Shown one piece after another: positions 39,338-48,082 of a stretch of DNA of 64,000 nucleotides (positions are counted from its first letter, which is position 1; each line of letters starts with the position of its first letter). Position numbers and translations under genes: made by a program. The notes beneath the pieces were generated by a model. The model ran no database searches. It was given only the letters and a program-made list of their open reading frames with translations, and was not told the DNA's origin. This DNA comes from Candidatus Latescibacterota bacterium (lineage in GTDB: Bacteria; Latescibacterota; UBA2968; UBA8231): contig CBDCDC010000002.1 in NCBI GenBank assembly GCA_965215195.1, forward strand, positions 864,001 to 928,000, given 5' to 3'.

Positions 39338-39446
39338 GATAGACCGCAGGGCTAATTTTATGCGGGATTCCAGTCCGTTCTAGCCATCGCTCACCTCTTT
39401 TTGAAGATAAAAGAGGCCGAGTTAAATAGACCTCAGAAACCCCGCC

Positions 39447-39475
39447 TTGCCCCCTCTCCTCACTTCTTATATATT
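39447..39475 (+). promoter_or_regulatory. Putative sigma-70 promoter of rpsT
   Basis: TTGCCC, 17 bp, TATATT. Confidence 0.5.
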
Positions 39476-39502
39476 TAACTATTTTATTAAAGGAGCGCAA
39501 AA

Positions 39503-39757
39503 TTGCCCAAACTCAAGTCTGCCAAAAAGCACCAAGCCACTAGCGCCAAAGCCTACGGACGCAACCGTGCGCTCCGCTCGCGGATGCGCACGGCCCTTAA
39601 AAAAGTTCGCCAAGCTCCGAATAAAGCCTCGGCTGAAACCGCCCTGCAAGCGGCGATCTCGACTGTCGACAGGACCACCAGCAAAGGCATTATCCACAAA
39701 AATGCCGCCGCTCGTTACAAGTCGCGGTTGAGTCGCCTCGTGCAGGCGATGGCCTAG
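39503..39757 (+). CDS. rpsT: 30S ribosomal protein S20
   Basis: KSAKK...RNRA.RSRMRT...KGIIHKNAAARYKSRL; TTG start after AAGGAG. Confidence 0.96.
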   Translation: MPKLKSAKKHQATSAKAYGRNRALRSRMRTALKKVRQAPNKASAETALQAAISTVDRTTSKGIIHKNAAARYKSRLSRLVQAMA

Positions 39758-39766
39758 TACTTCCCC

Positions 39767-40684
39767 TCATTCAAAGGCACGAGTGCTCAAATAGCGCAAT
39801 CCACTGTCGCAGAGGATCGTCGCGACTCGAGCACTCGCCCCCAGCTCGCGTGCGACTTGGGCGGCGATGTAGGCGTTGGCTCCGGCTGAAATCCCCACCA
39901 AAAGCCCTTCCTCTCGCGCCAAACGGCGGGCCATTTCATAAGCGTCGTCGTCGGTAATGACCCGCACCTCGTCGACAATCTCGAGGTTGAGGATCGGCGG
40001 CACAAAACCCGCGCCGATTCCCTCTATGTAACTGAACCCAGCTCCCCCGCCTGAAAGCACGGGCGACCCGGCAGGCTCAATGGCGATGACCCGCACCGCG
40101 GACAGAGCCTCCTTGAGCACCTCGCCGACTCCGGTCAATGACCCCCCAGTACCCACACCAGCCACAAAGGCATCGATTCGACCATCTAGTTGTTCCAAGA
40201 TCTCACGGCCCGTCGTACGGCGATGTACCTCAGGGTTCGCAGCGTTCATAAACTGCTGTGGCAAAAAGTAATCTGGATGCTCGCGCTTGAGTTCAAGCGC
40301 TTTATCGATAGCACCCCGCATGCCCTCGGCCGCTGGCGTCAGCACGACCTCAGCACCGTAAGCCTGCATCTGTAAGCGGCGCTCGCGGCTGGCTGTATCG
40401 AACATGGTGACGATGAGCTTGTAGCCTTTGTAGGCAGCCACCATGGCCAAGCCAATGCCGGTATTGCCGCTAGTCGGCTCAATGATCGTGCCGCCCTCGG
40501 CCAGCAGACCCTCCTCTTCGGCGGCTTGGATCATAGCCAGAGCGATGCGGTCCTTGACACTGCCACCGGGATTGGTCGCCTCCAGCTTGCCCCACACCTC
40601 GGCGGCATCCTCCCCCACGACTCGGCTGAGGCGGACCATAGGCGTAGCTCCAATTAACTCCAGCACATTGTGGGCGCGTTTCAT
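39767..40684 (-). CDS. cysK: Cysteine synthase A
   Basis: NPGGSVKDRIALAMI, EPTSGNTGIGLA, GVGTGG, IEGIGAGFVP. Confidence 0.93.
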   Translation of the reverse strand: MKRAHNVLELIGATPMVRLSRVVGEDAAEVWGKLEATNPGGSVKDRIALAMIQAAEEEGLLAEGGTIIEPTSGNTGIGLAMVAAYKGYKLIVTMFDTASRERRLQMQAYGAEVVLTPAAEGMRGAIDKALELKREHPDYFLPQQFMNAANPEVHRRTTGREILEQLDGRIDAFVAGVGTGGSLTGVGEVLKEALSAVRVIAIEPAGSPVLSGGGAGFSYIEGIGAGFVPPILNLEIVDEVRVITDDDAYEMARRLAREEGLLVGISAGANAYIAAQVARELGASARVATILCDSGLRYLSTRAFE

Positions 40685-40725
40685 CCTGCACCAAACCTAA
40701 CGCCAGCCGCCTGTACGGTAGTCCT

Positions 40726-41004
40726 TCAACTGCCGCCGGCAATGGCCGGGACGATGGAGACGCTGTCTCCATCGTTGAGCGGTGTGTCCTTGCCGTCGAG
40801 GAAGCGGATATCTTCGTCGTTGACGAAGATATTGACGTAGCGGCGGATCTCGCCTCCCTCGTCAAGCAGTTTCTCGGCCAAGCCCTCGTAGGTGCCTTCG
40901 AGCCCATCTACCAACTGGCTAATAGTCGCCGCCTCCAGCGCGACCTCGGCCTGATTGTGAGTTAATTTTCGCAACGGCGTGGGAATGTGAACAGTAACCG
41001 GCAT
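40726..41004 (-). CDS. MoaD/ThiS-family sulfur carrier (CysO-like)
   Basis: IPTPLR...YVNIFVNDEDIRFL...SIVPAIAGGS, with one residue after the GG. Confidence 0.9.
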   Translation of the reverse strand: MPVTVHIPTPLRKLTHNQAEVALEAATISQLVDGLEGTYEGLAEKLLDEGGEIRRYVNIFVNDEDIRFLDGKDTPLNDGDSVSIVPAIAGGS

Positions 41005-41090
41005 TTCATCCTCCATTTGGAATGTAGTTAGATATTTGCTACTCTGCTGTCCGCATTTTATCGGTCTCTAGGAAGTGGCTTTAGGCTTTA

Positions 41091-41585
41091 CTAAACTATT
41101 TCAACACCCATTTCGGCGTAGCGGCTACCGTCCCAAGCAAAGCACTTGTAGCCTTGTACTTTCCGTTGGCGGCACGCCTCCTCGCCGCACACTGAGAGCA
41201 CTAGATACATCGCGTCCGGGTCGTCTGGCTCGTCTCCCGCCTCTTGGCTATTGAAAATCCAAGTGCGCCTCTCGTCTTCAGCCGAGAAATAGGCCGCGCA
41301 ATCAATGTGGGAATGGTAGCAACCCGAGACCCGGTCACCGGCCTTTTCAGCCGCCGCCGCAATGCGTAGCTGTTCGCCTGCGTCGATTAGATAAGCCGTG
41401 CTTGCATCGCGGGGATAGTGCTTGGGATCCTCTTCGTGGCACTGCTGCTGTACATTAGTACAAGCATGGGCAGTAGCCACTCCACCCGGCACCTTTTCGA
41501 CCAACAGACCGCAACACTCATGCGGGTACTCGGCCAAGGCTTGGGCACAAATTCGTTCAAAGTCCCTGCGGGCGATGCGCAGCAT
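41091..41585 (-). CDS. JAMM/MPN+ metallopeptidase (Mec-like)
   Basis: YPHECCGLL and YHSHIDCAAYFSAED (HxH-x7-S-x2-D). Confidence 0.9.
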   Translation of the reverse strand: MLRIARRDFERICAQALAEYPHECCGLLVEKVPGGVATAHACTNVQQQCHEEDPKHYPRDASTAYLIDAGEQLRIAAAAEKAGDRVSGCYHSHIDCAAYFSAEDERRTWIFNSQEAGDEPDDPDAMYLVLSVCGEEACRQRKVQGYKCFAWDGSRYAEMGVEIV

Positions 41586-41614
41586 TCAGCCATCCTTTCG
41601 CTTAGTGATTGACG

Positions 41615-42695
41615 TTACGCAGTTTTGAGGGTTTGCATTTCATCGAAGGCCCCTCGAATGGCCTTGAGATAGCGTCGGGCTGGGAGCGCAACGGGATTGC
41701 GTTGATGGTTGATCCGCAGACGCTCTAAGCGACAGGCGGCGTAAAGAGCCATAAATATAGTGGTTCCTTTGCGTGCGCACTCACTGGGTCGGCACCGGGA
41801 CTAAGGCGGCCTAAGACTTGAGCGTGGTATGAAAGCTCTCCACGTTGCCCCGTTGGCACACCTAAAGGTGCGGTGAATCTGGTCGATTGTTTCGAGGGGC
41901 CCCCCGCACAGGTTAGACCGCTGCCGGCCCGATAGAGGAGGCCGGTGCTACCAGCTTGGTGTGTAACGAGTTGGCGGAGCAACAGGACGGGGAAATCCAG
42001 TCCTTTGACCCAGCCTAGCACCGGCTGGTGTTCGGGCAATGCGCAGCCCTCTACGCGGGGGAAAGCCCCTTGGCGTTGGGCTGGAGTGCTCAAGGCCACC
42101 GTCCTATGGGATGTACGGGCGACGACGCAGGGTTGGGGGCGGGTCTTTCGGATGCCGGGTAAGGAATCTTGGGCGGAAAACCAGCGATCGGCCAGCCGAG
42201 AGCGATAGGGTATTGGCTTCGGGTGGCCCCCGCGCCCCATCGCCCACCTCTGTTCATGGTTCGTACCCCAACGGGTGCGCTTGACCCGCCGGGTCTTGAC
42301 CGCACGGAAGCGGATGGGGTTGTGGCTCAACTCATACGTCACCGGCACGCTCACCCCGTCAGCCGGATAGACCCAAGGCAGCCGATGGAAGCCCTTGACC
42401 GAACGGTTTGGACTGTGACCATAGGGCCAACAGATGACGTCATTTTCATTCGTATGCGGCTTTTCTTGGACCGTATCCTCTATACTGAGCACCCCATCGT
42501 CCTATGCGATCGCACGTACCAGCGGCTTGACCTGCTGCCAGAGGGGTGGCCATCAGAGTCGGCGCGAGACAGAAAACCCGTACCCTGACCGGGGCTGACG
42601 GCTCCTTCGACCCGCGCCGATAAGCCCGTCGCGCTGGGCGCACCCAATGAACGGAGCAGAGAATCGCTATATAAGGCTAACCGTTGTTTGTCCAT
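41615..42695 (-). mobile_element. Degenerate IS701-family transposase (frameshifted pseudogene)
   Basis: Fragments in different frames: MDKQRLALYSD..SATGLS; IEDTVQEKPHTNENDVICW..HS.NRSVKG; LADRWFSA; GLDFPVLL; terminal YLKAIRGAFDEMQTLKTA*. Confidence 0.8.
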
Positions 42696-42917
42696 ACGAG
42701 GAATGTACGCAGATAACGGACGGTACGTACCTCTATGCGGCGTCTGCCGCTTGCGGCGGGTCGCCCCGTCGCCCGCGCTCCTTTTCGCGCTTCCCCGCGC
42801 CCCCGTTTTCACGGGTGCCGGCTTTTAGGCGCGACAGCCAGCCTAACGGGCGGCTGTGGAGGCCTGCGTGCGCAGGCCGGACCGCCGATAGACCAAACAA
42901 CCTTAAGGCGCGTACCA

Positions 42918-43838
42918 TCAGTTAGTGATGCCATCGAGTGCCAGCCGCCACATGGGCGTACTCATGTACTTGTCGCCGCCATCGCAAAATATCGTCACCA
43001 CCACCCCCGTATCTAGCTGGCGAGCAACTTCCAGCGCGGCCCAATAAGCCCCACCAGAAGACTGGCCGACGAGAATCCCCTGCTCGACCGGCAGACGCAG
43101 TGCAGTATCGTAAGCATCATCGGTATCTATCGGTGTTTTGTAGTCGAGGAGGGTCTCGTCGTAGATGCCCGGGACAATTGAACTCTCCATGTGCTTAAGC
43201 CCCTCAATGCCGTGAAACGGCTCGGCCGGCTCAGCGGCAATGATCTGGATGGCCGGATTGAACTCCCTAAGACCTCGGCCGGTGCCCATCAGCGTACCGC
43301 TAGTGCCGATAGTGGCCACAAAGTGAGTGACGCGGCCTTGGGTCTGCTCCCAGATTTCGGGCGCAGTGGTGTCGCGGTGGGCGTACCAATTCGCGGGATT
43401 GTTGTACTGGTCGGGCTTGAAGTAGCAATCGGGATCGGCTTCGTATATCCGCCGCGCTTCTCGTATGGCCCCGTCGGAAAGCTCCCCCGGGTCAGTGTAC
43501 ACCACTTCGGCACCATAGGCGGCGAGAATGGCCTTGCGCTCGCGGCTGACATTGGCCGGCATGGCCAATTTTACCCGATAGCCCTTGGCTGCACCGATCA
43601 TAGCGTAGGCAATGCCAGTATTTCCAGAAGTGGAATCCAAAATGACCTTGCCCGGCCTTAGCGCTCCGTCCTGCTCGCCATCCTCGAGCATTCTCCGCGC
43701 CGGCCGGTCCTTGACCGACCCCCCGGGGTTGAAGAACTCCAGCTTAGCATAGACTTCCACCCGCGGCGGAATCGCCGGGTCCCTCAACCGCAAAAGCGGC
43801 GTATCACCAATCTGCTCGACAACCGATAGGCCAGTCAC
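42918..43838 (-). CDS. Cysteine synthase family protein (CysM-like)
   Basis: AKLEFFNPGGSVKDR, TSGNTGIA, QYNNPAN, GTSGTLMG, GQSSG, DGGDKYMS. Confidence 0.9.
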   Translation of the reverse strand: MTGLSVVEQIGDTPLLRLRDPAIPPRVEVYAKLEFFNPGGSVKDRPARRMLEDGEQDGALRPGKVILDSTSGNTGIAYAMIGAAKGYRVKLAMPANVSRERKAILAAYGAEVVYTDPGELSDGAIREARRIYEADPDCYFKPDQYNNPANWYAHRDTTAPEIWEQTQGRVTHFVATIGTSGTLMGTGRGLREFNPAIQIIAAEPAEPFHGIEGLKHMESSIVPGIYDETLLDYKTPIDTDDAYDTALRLPVEQGILVGQSSGGAYWAALEVARQLDTGVVVTIFCDGGDKYMSTPMWRLALDGITN

Positions 43839-43900
43839 AAAAATCTCCCCCTACGATTAAAAGAACCAAAATCCACTATGTCAACCAACCCTGTCTTTTC

Positions 43901-43929
43901 TTGACACCCTCCGAGCTACCTTCTACCTT
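43901..43929 (+). promoter_or_regulatory. Putative sigma-70 promoter of aspS
   Basis: TTGACA, 17 bp, TACCTT. Confidence 0.6.
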
Positions 43930-43974
43930 ATCTTTTTTTCCGCTTGAAATCCAATTTTATCATTTAGGTAACTT

Positions 43975-45759
43975 ATGGAAGAACCGAGCGAAGGCTTGGG
44001 CCACTGGGAGCGTACGCACGACTGCGGTACTCTCACAGATAAAGATATCGGTCAGCGCGTACTGCTAATGGGCTGGGTCTGGCGCCGCCGCGACCACGGC
44101 GGCGTTATTTTTATAGATCTCCGCGACCGCTACGGCATTACCCAAATCGTCTTCAACCCGCAGCGCGATCCCACCGCCTACCAGCAGGCTAATCGCCTTC
44201 GCAACGAGTACGTCATAGCCGTACAAGGCGAAGTCGAGGCCCGCCCCGAAGGCATGGTCAACCCCCAGTTACCCACCGGGACCATTGAGGTCAACTGCGA
44301 TCAGCTACGCCTTCTCAACCGCTGTCTGACCCCGCCTTTTCTCATCGAAGACCAAACCGATGCCGGCGAGGAAATCCGGCTCAAATATCGCTATTTGGAC
44401 CTTCGGCGGCCCCGTATCCAAGGCAATTTGCTACTCAGGCACCGGGGGTATCAGATCGTGCGCCGCCTGCTCGACGAGTGCGGCTTTATCGAAGTTGAAA
44501 CGCCGTTTCTGACCAAGAGCACTCCCGAAGGCGCCCGAGACTTCCTCGTCCCCAGCCGAGTCCATCCCGGGCAGTTTTTCGCCCTGCCCCAATCGCCGCA
44601 AACCTACAAGCAGCTCTTGATGATCGCGGGCTACGACCGCTACTTCCAGATCGTTAAGTGCTTCCGCGACGAGGATTTGCGCACCGACCGCCAGCCCGAA
44701 TTCACCCAAATCGACATCGAGATGGCCTTCGTGCGCGAGGATCACGTCATGGCCATTGCCGAGGATCTAACCCGCGCCCTCTTCGCTCAGCTACGCCAAA
44801 TTGAGTTACCCAATCCCTTTCCGCGACTTACCTATCGCGAGGCCATGGAGCGCTTCGGCTCCGACAAACCCGACCTGCGCTTTGGTCTAGAACTCAAAGA
44901 TGCAGAGGCAGCAGCGCGCATTTCCCAATTCCAAGTCTTTCATTCCGCTCTGGACAGCGGTGGTCAGGTCAAAGGCATAAACGTCAAGGGCTGTAGTAGG
45001 TTCTCGCGCGGACAAATCGACGATTTAATTGCCTGCGCCCAAGGGCTGGGTGCCAAGGGACTTAGCTGGATCAAACACACCGGCACTGGCCTCGAATCCT
45101 CCATCGTCAAATTCTTTCCCCAAGCAGCCCAAGCCCTGTTGATCGAGGCCCTCGAATCCGCCCCTGGCGATCTGCTGCTCTTCGTCGCCGACCAGCCCAA
45201 GCTGGTTGCCCGAGTACTCGGAGCACTGCGCTTAGAACTCGCCCAGCGCCTCTCACTAGTGCCCGATGACTCTTGGCAGCCCCTCTGGGTCGGCCAATTC
45301 CCGCTTCTAGAGCGCGACGAGGAAGCCGGCCGCTTTACAGCCGTGCATCATCCCTTCACAGCTCCCCTAGAAGAGGATCTACCCTTGCTGGACAGCATCC
45401 CCGCCGACGTCAGGGCGCACGCCTATGACTTAGTCCTCAATGGCAATGAAATTGCCGGGGGCAGTATGCGAATTTTCCAGCGCTCAGTACAAGCCCGCCT
45501 TTTTCAACTCTTAGAACTCAGTGCCGAAGAAGCCGCGGCCAAATTCGGTTTCCTCCTCGAAGCCCTCGATTACGGTGCCCCACCACACGGTGGGATAGCC
45601 TTTGGCTTTGACCGGCTGATCGCCCTGCTCGCCAACGAAGATTCAATCCGCGAAGTCATCGCCTTCCCCAAGACCAATAAGGCCGTGGGCTTGATGGAAA
45701 ACGCCCCTTCTTCCGTCGATTTGGGCCAGTTGCGCGAATTGGGCATTCGCTCTGTCTGA
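43975..45759 (+). CDS. aspS: Aspartate--tRNA ligase (likely non-discriminating type)
   Basis: RTHDCG, RRDHGGVIFIDLRD, TPEGARDFLVPSR, QPEFTQIDIEM, PPHGGIAFGFDR. Confidence 0.97.
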   Translation: MEEPSEGLGHWERTHDCGTLTDKDIGQRVLLMGWVWRRRDHGGVIFIDLRDRYGITQIVFNPQRDPTAYQQANRLRNEYVIAVQGEVEARPEGMVNPQLPTGTIEVNCDQLRLLNRCLTPPFLIEDQTDAGEEIRLKYRYLDLRRPRIQGNLLLRHRGYQIVRRLLDECGFIEVETPFLTKSTPEGARDFLVPSRVHPGQFFALPQSPQTYKQLLMIAGYDRYFQIVKCFRDEDLRTDRQPEFTQIDIEMAFVREDHVMAIAEDLTRALFAQLRQIELPNPFPRLTYREAMERFGSDKPDLRFGLELKDAEAAARISQFQVFHSALDSGGQVKGINVKGCSRFSRGQIDDLIACAQGLGAKGLSWIKHTGTGLESSIVKFFPQAAQALLIEALESAPGDLLLFVADQPKLVARVLGALRLELAQRLSLVPDDSWQPLWVGQFPLLERDEEAGRFTAVHHPFTAPLEEDLPLLDSIPADVRAHAYDLVLNGNEIAGGSMRIFQRSVQARLFQLLELSAEEAAAKFGFLLEALDYGAPPHGGIAFGFDRLIALLANEDSIREVIAFPKTNKAVGLMENAPSSVDLGQLRELGIRSV

Positions 45760-45795
45760 AAACTTACAGGCAGGGTAGATTTTCACTTGTTCCGC

Positions 45796-45823
45796 TTGAC
45801 ATCCACTCTAGGTCGCCTATATT
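45796..45823 (+). promoter_or_regulatory. Putative sigma-70 promoter
   Basis: TTGACA, 16 bp, TATATT. Confidence 0.55.
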
Positions 45824-45882
45824 TGTGCCCATATCCCGTATATTAATGTAAAATCACTAAAGCTAGGTGGAGGAACTACTTA

Positions 45883-46170
45883 ATGAGCTGTCTTTCCACT
45901 TTGTCCAGTTTGAGATACTTAGGCGTTGCCTTGTCGGTAGTGGCTTTGTCTCTCGTCGCTAGCTGTTCGCGTGTTCCGTCGCAGGAGGACATGGAATACC
46001 TAGAACAACAGCGGCAAGCTACTCTGGCCGCCGAAGTGCAAGTAACCGAGCTACAGGCCGAAAAAGCACAGCTTGAGCGCGAACTCGCCGAGCGGCAAGT
46101 TACCAAAAAAGCATTAGAAGACAAACTAGCCGCTACCAAGAACAACCTCGCCAACCAAACTGGTAAATGA
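45883..46170 (+). CDS. Small coiled-coil lipoprotein
   Basis: GGAGG RBS, lipobox VASC, coiled coil. Confidence 0.75.
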   Translation: MSCLSTLSSLRYLGVALSVVALSLVASCSRVPSQEDMEYLEQQRQATLAAEVQVTELQAEKAQLERELAERQVTKKALEDKLAATKNNLANQTGK

Positions 46171-46184
46171 GAAAGGGTTCGACC

Positions 46185-47012
46185 ATGAAGAAGTTGTCCG
46201 TTGGTGGGTTGGCTTTAGCACTGCTAGTCCTAGCGAGCAAAAACACCTCTGCTCAAGAGCAGATGACCTGTGAGGAGTACATGGCTCTGGGGAACGAGCT
46301 CGTCAACCGCGAGGCTGCGGCCAACACCCAGATCGAAGAGCTAAACGCCCAGATTGAAGCGCTTAAGATGCAGATTGCCCAGCTTGACCGGGCCAATGTC
46401 GACCTCAATACCCAGATCCTTACGACAGTGGGCCACTCCGAATCCGAAATTGCGGCCTTTGGGCGCGAGCTCGACGCTATTACCGCCCAACTCGAAGGCC
46501 TGATGGCACTAGCTCCAGAAGTACTCATTATGCGGCGCGGTGAAGTCGCGGCCATCGACTCCCGAGTCGCCGAGCTCAAGCAGAGTAACATGGCCGCCTT
46601 GCCCGAAATGGTGGACAAGCTATCTACCATCGACCAGATGCTCGCCGATCTCAAAGCGCGCATAGCCCAACCCGTGGTCATTGACTATAAGGTCGTGCGG
46701 GGCGACAACTTGTGGAACATCTCCAAAAAAGAACAAATCTACGACGATCCCTATATGTGGCCCCGCATCTACCGGAAGAACAAGGATCAAATCAAAGACC
46801 CGGATTTAATCTACCCCAAACAAATCTTGGCCGTGCCATTCGGGGTAGCTGAAAATCAGTATTTGGTCACCCGAGGAGACTTCCTCTTCAAAATTGCCGC
46901 CGAGCTTTACAACAATGCCGGCAAATGGCATAAAATCTACGAGGCCAACAAGCAGCAAATCGTCGCGCCAGATTTGATTTTTCCTGCTCAAGTCCTCGAA
47001 ATTCCCCAGTAA
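46185..47012 (+). CDS. Exported coiled-coil protein with two LysM domains
   Basis: YKVVRGDNLWNIS...WPRIY..N...PDLIYP and YLVTRGDFLFKIA...PDLIFP. Confidence 0.92.
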   Translation: MKKLSVGGLALALLVLASKNTSAQEQMTCEEYMALGNELVNREAAANTQIEELNAQIEALKMQIAQLDRANVDLNTQILTTVGHSESEIAAFGRELDAITAQLEGLMALAPEVLIMRRGEVAAIDSRVAELKQSNMAALPEMVDKLSTIDQMLADLKARIAQPVVIDYKVVRGDNLWNISKKEQIYDDPYMWPRIYRKNKDQIKDPDLIYPKQILAVPFGVAENQYLVTRGDFLFKIAAELYNNAGKWHKIYEANKQQIVAPDLIFPAQVLEIPQ

Positions 47013-47048
47013 TTAACAACTACTTGATTTAAGTAAATTTCAAGACAT

Positions 47049-47108
47049 AAAGGGGTTTGATCCTTCCCGGGCGTAGGGGAGGGATTTCAAACCCCTTTTT
47101 GTATTTTT
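47049..47108 (+). terminator. Rho-independent terminator
   Basis: AAAGGGGTTTGA/TCAAACCCCTTT stem followed by a T-rich tail. Confidence 0.7.
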
Positions 47109-47125
47109 GTCCAGCTACCAAGGCT

Positions 47126-48082
47126 ATGAAGGACATTTCCATCGCCGGCGTTGATCGCCGCTCCCTCTTCGGGCGCAACGATCAAAACTTGGCTCACCTC
47201 GAAAAGAGATACGGCATTCGCCTAGTCGCCCGCGGCGACAAGCTCACGCTTAAGGGGTCCGATGCCTCGGTGCGCGAGGCCGATGGCTTCCTCAGTCCCC
47301 TCATAAAACGCATGCGCCACGGCCCGCCCCTCGAAGCAGCCGAGTTAGAGAACTTGATTCACTGTAGTCTGACCCCACCCAAGGGAGACCGCAGCACCCT
47401 TCCAAATCCCGTAGCCCATACCTATAAGACGGCCATCTACGCCCGCACCGAGGGCCAAGCGAAATATCTTGCAGCCATCGACAACAACGACGTGGTCTTC
47501 GGCATCGGCCCAGCGGGCACCGGCAAGACGTACCTAGCGGTGGCCATGGCCGTTGCCGCGCTGCGGCAGAAGCAAATCTCGCGTATCCTGCTCGCCCGGC
47601 CCGCGGTCGAAGCCGGGGAGAAACTCGGGTTCTTGCCTGGCTCTTTTGAAGACAAGGTTGACCCCTACTTGCGCCCGCTCTACGACGCGCTACAAGATCT
47701 CATGGAGCCCGAGCGACTGCGGCGGATGCAGGACATGAAAATTGTCGAAGTCGTGCCGCTGGCCTACATGCGCGGCCGCACCCTCAACGATTCGTTTATT
47801 ATTCTCGACGAAGCCCAAAATACTACGCCACAGCAGATGAAGATGTTTCTCACCCGGCTGGGCAGCCACTCAAAAGCCGTAGTTACCGGCGATGTTACTC
47901 AGACCGACCTCAGTGATGACCAGCCCTCGGGCTTGGTTGTCGCGCCCAAAATTCTGACCGGGATCGCCGGTTTGGCCTTTGTTCGGCTCAACGAACGGGA
48001 TGTGGTGCGCAACCCACTCGTGCAGAAGATCATCAAAGCCTACGACAGCTATGAGGAAGCCCACGCCTCAGCCGATCCATGA
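47126..48082 (+). CDS. phoH: PhoH family ATPase
   Basis: [46 protein letters not shown]. Confidence 0.95.
   Translation: MKDISIAGVDRRSLFGRNDQNLAHLEKRYGIRLVARGDKLTLKGSDASVREADGFLSPLIKRMRHGPPLEAAELENLIHCSLTPPKGDRSTLPNPVAHTYKTAIYARTEGQAKYLAAIDNNDVVFGIGPAGTGKTYLAVAMAVAALRQKQISRILLARPAVEAGEKLGFLPGSFEDKVDPYLRPLYDALQDLMEPERLRRMQDMKIVEVVPLAYMRGRTLNDSFIILDEAQNTTPQQMKMFLTRLGSHSKAVVTGDVTQTDLSDDQPSGLVVAPKILTGIAGLAFVRLNERDVVRNPLVQKIIKAYDSYEEAHASADP

Noticed and set aside
39767-41585. Ubiquitin-like/JAB anti-phage system (CBASS type II or Bil)
   Set aside because: No E1/E2 or CD-NTase; flanking cysteine synthases point to sulfur transfer.
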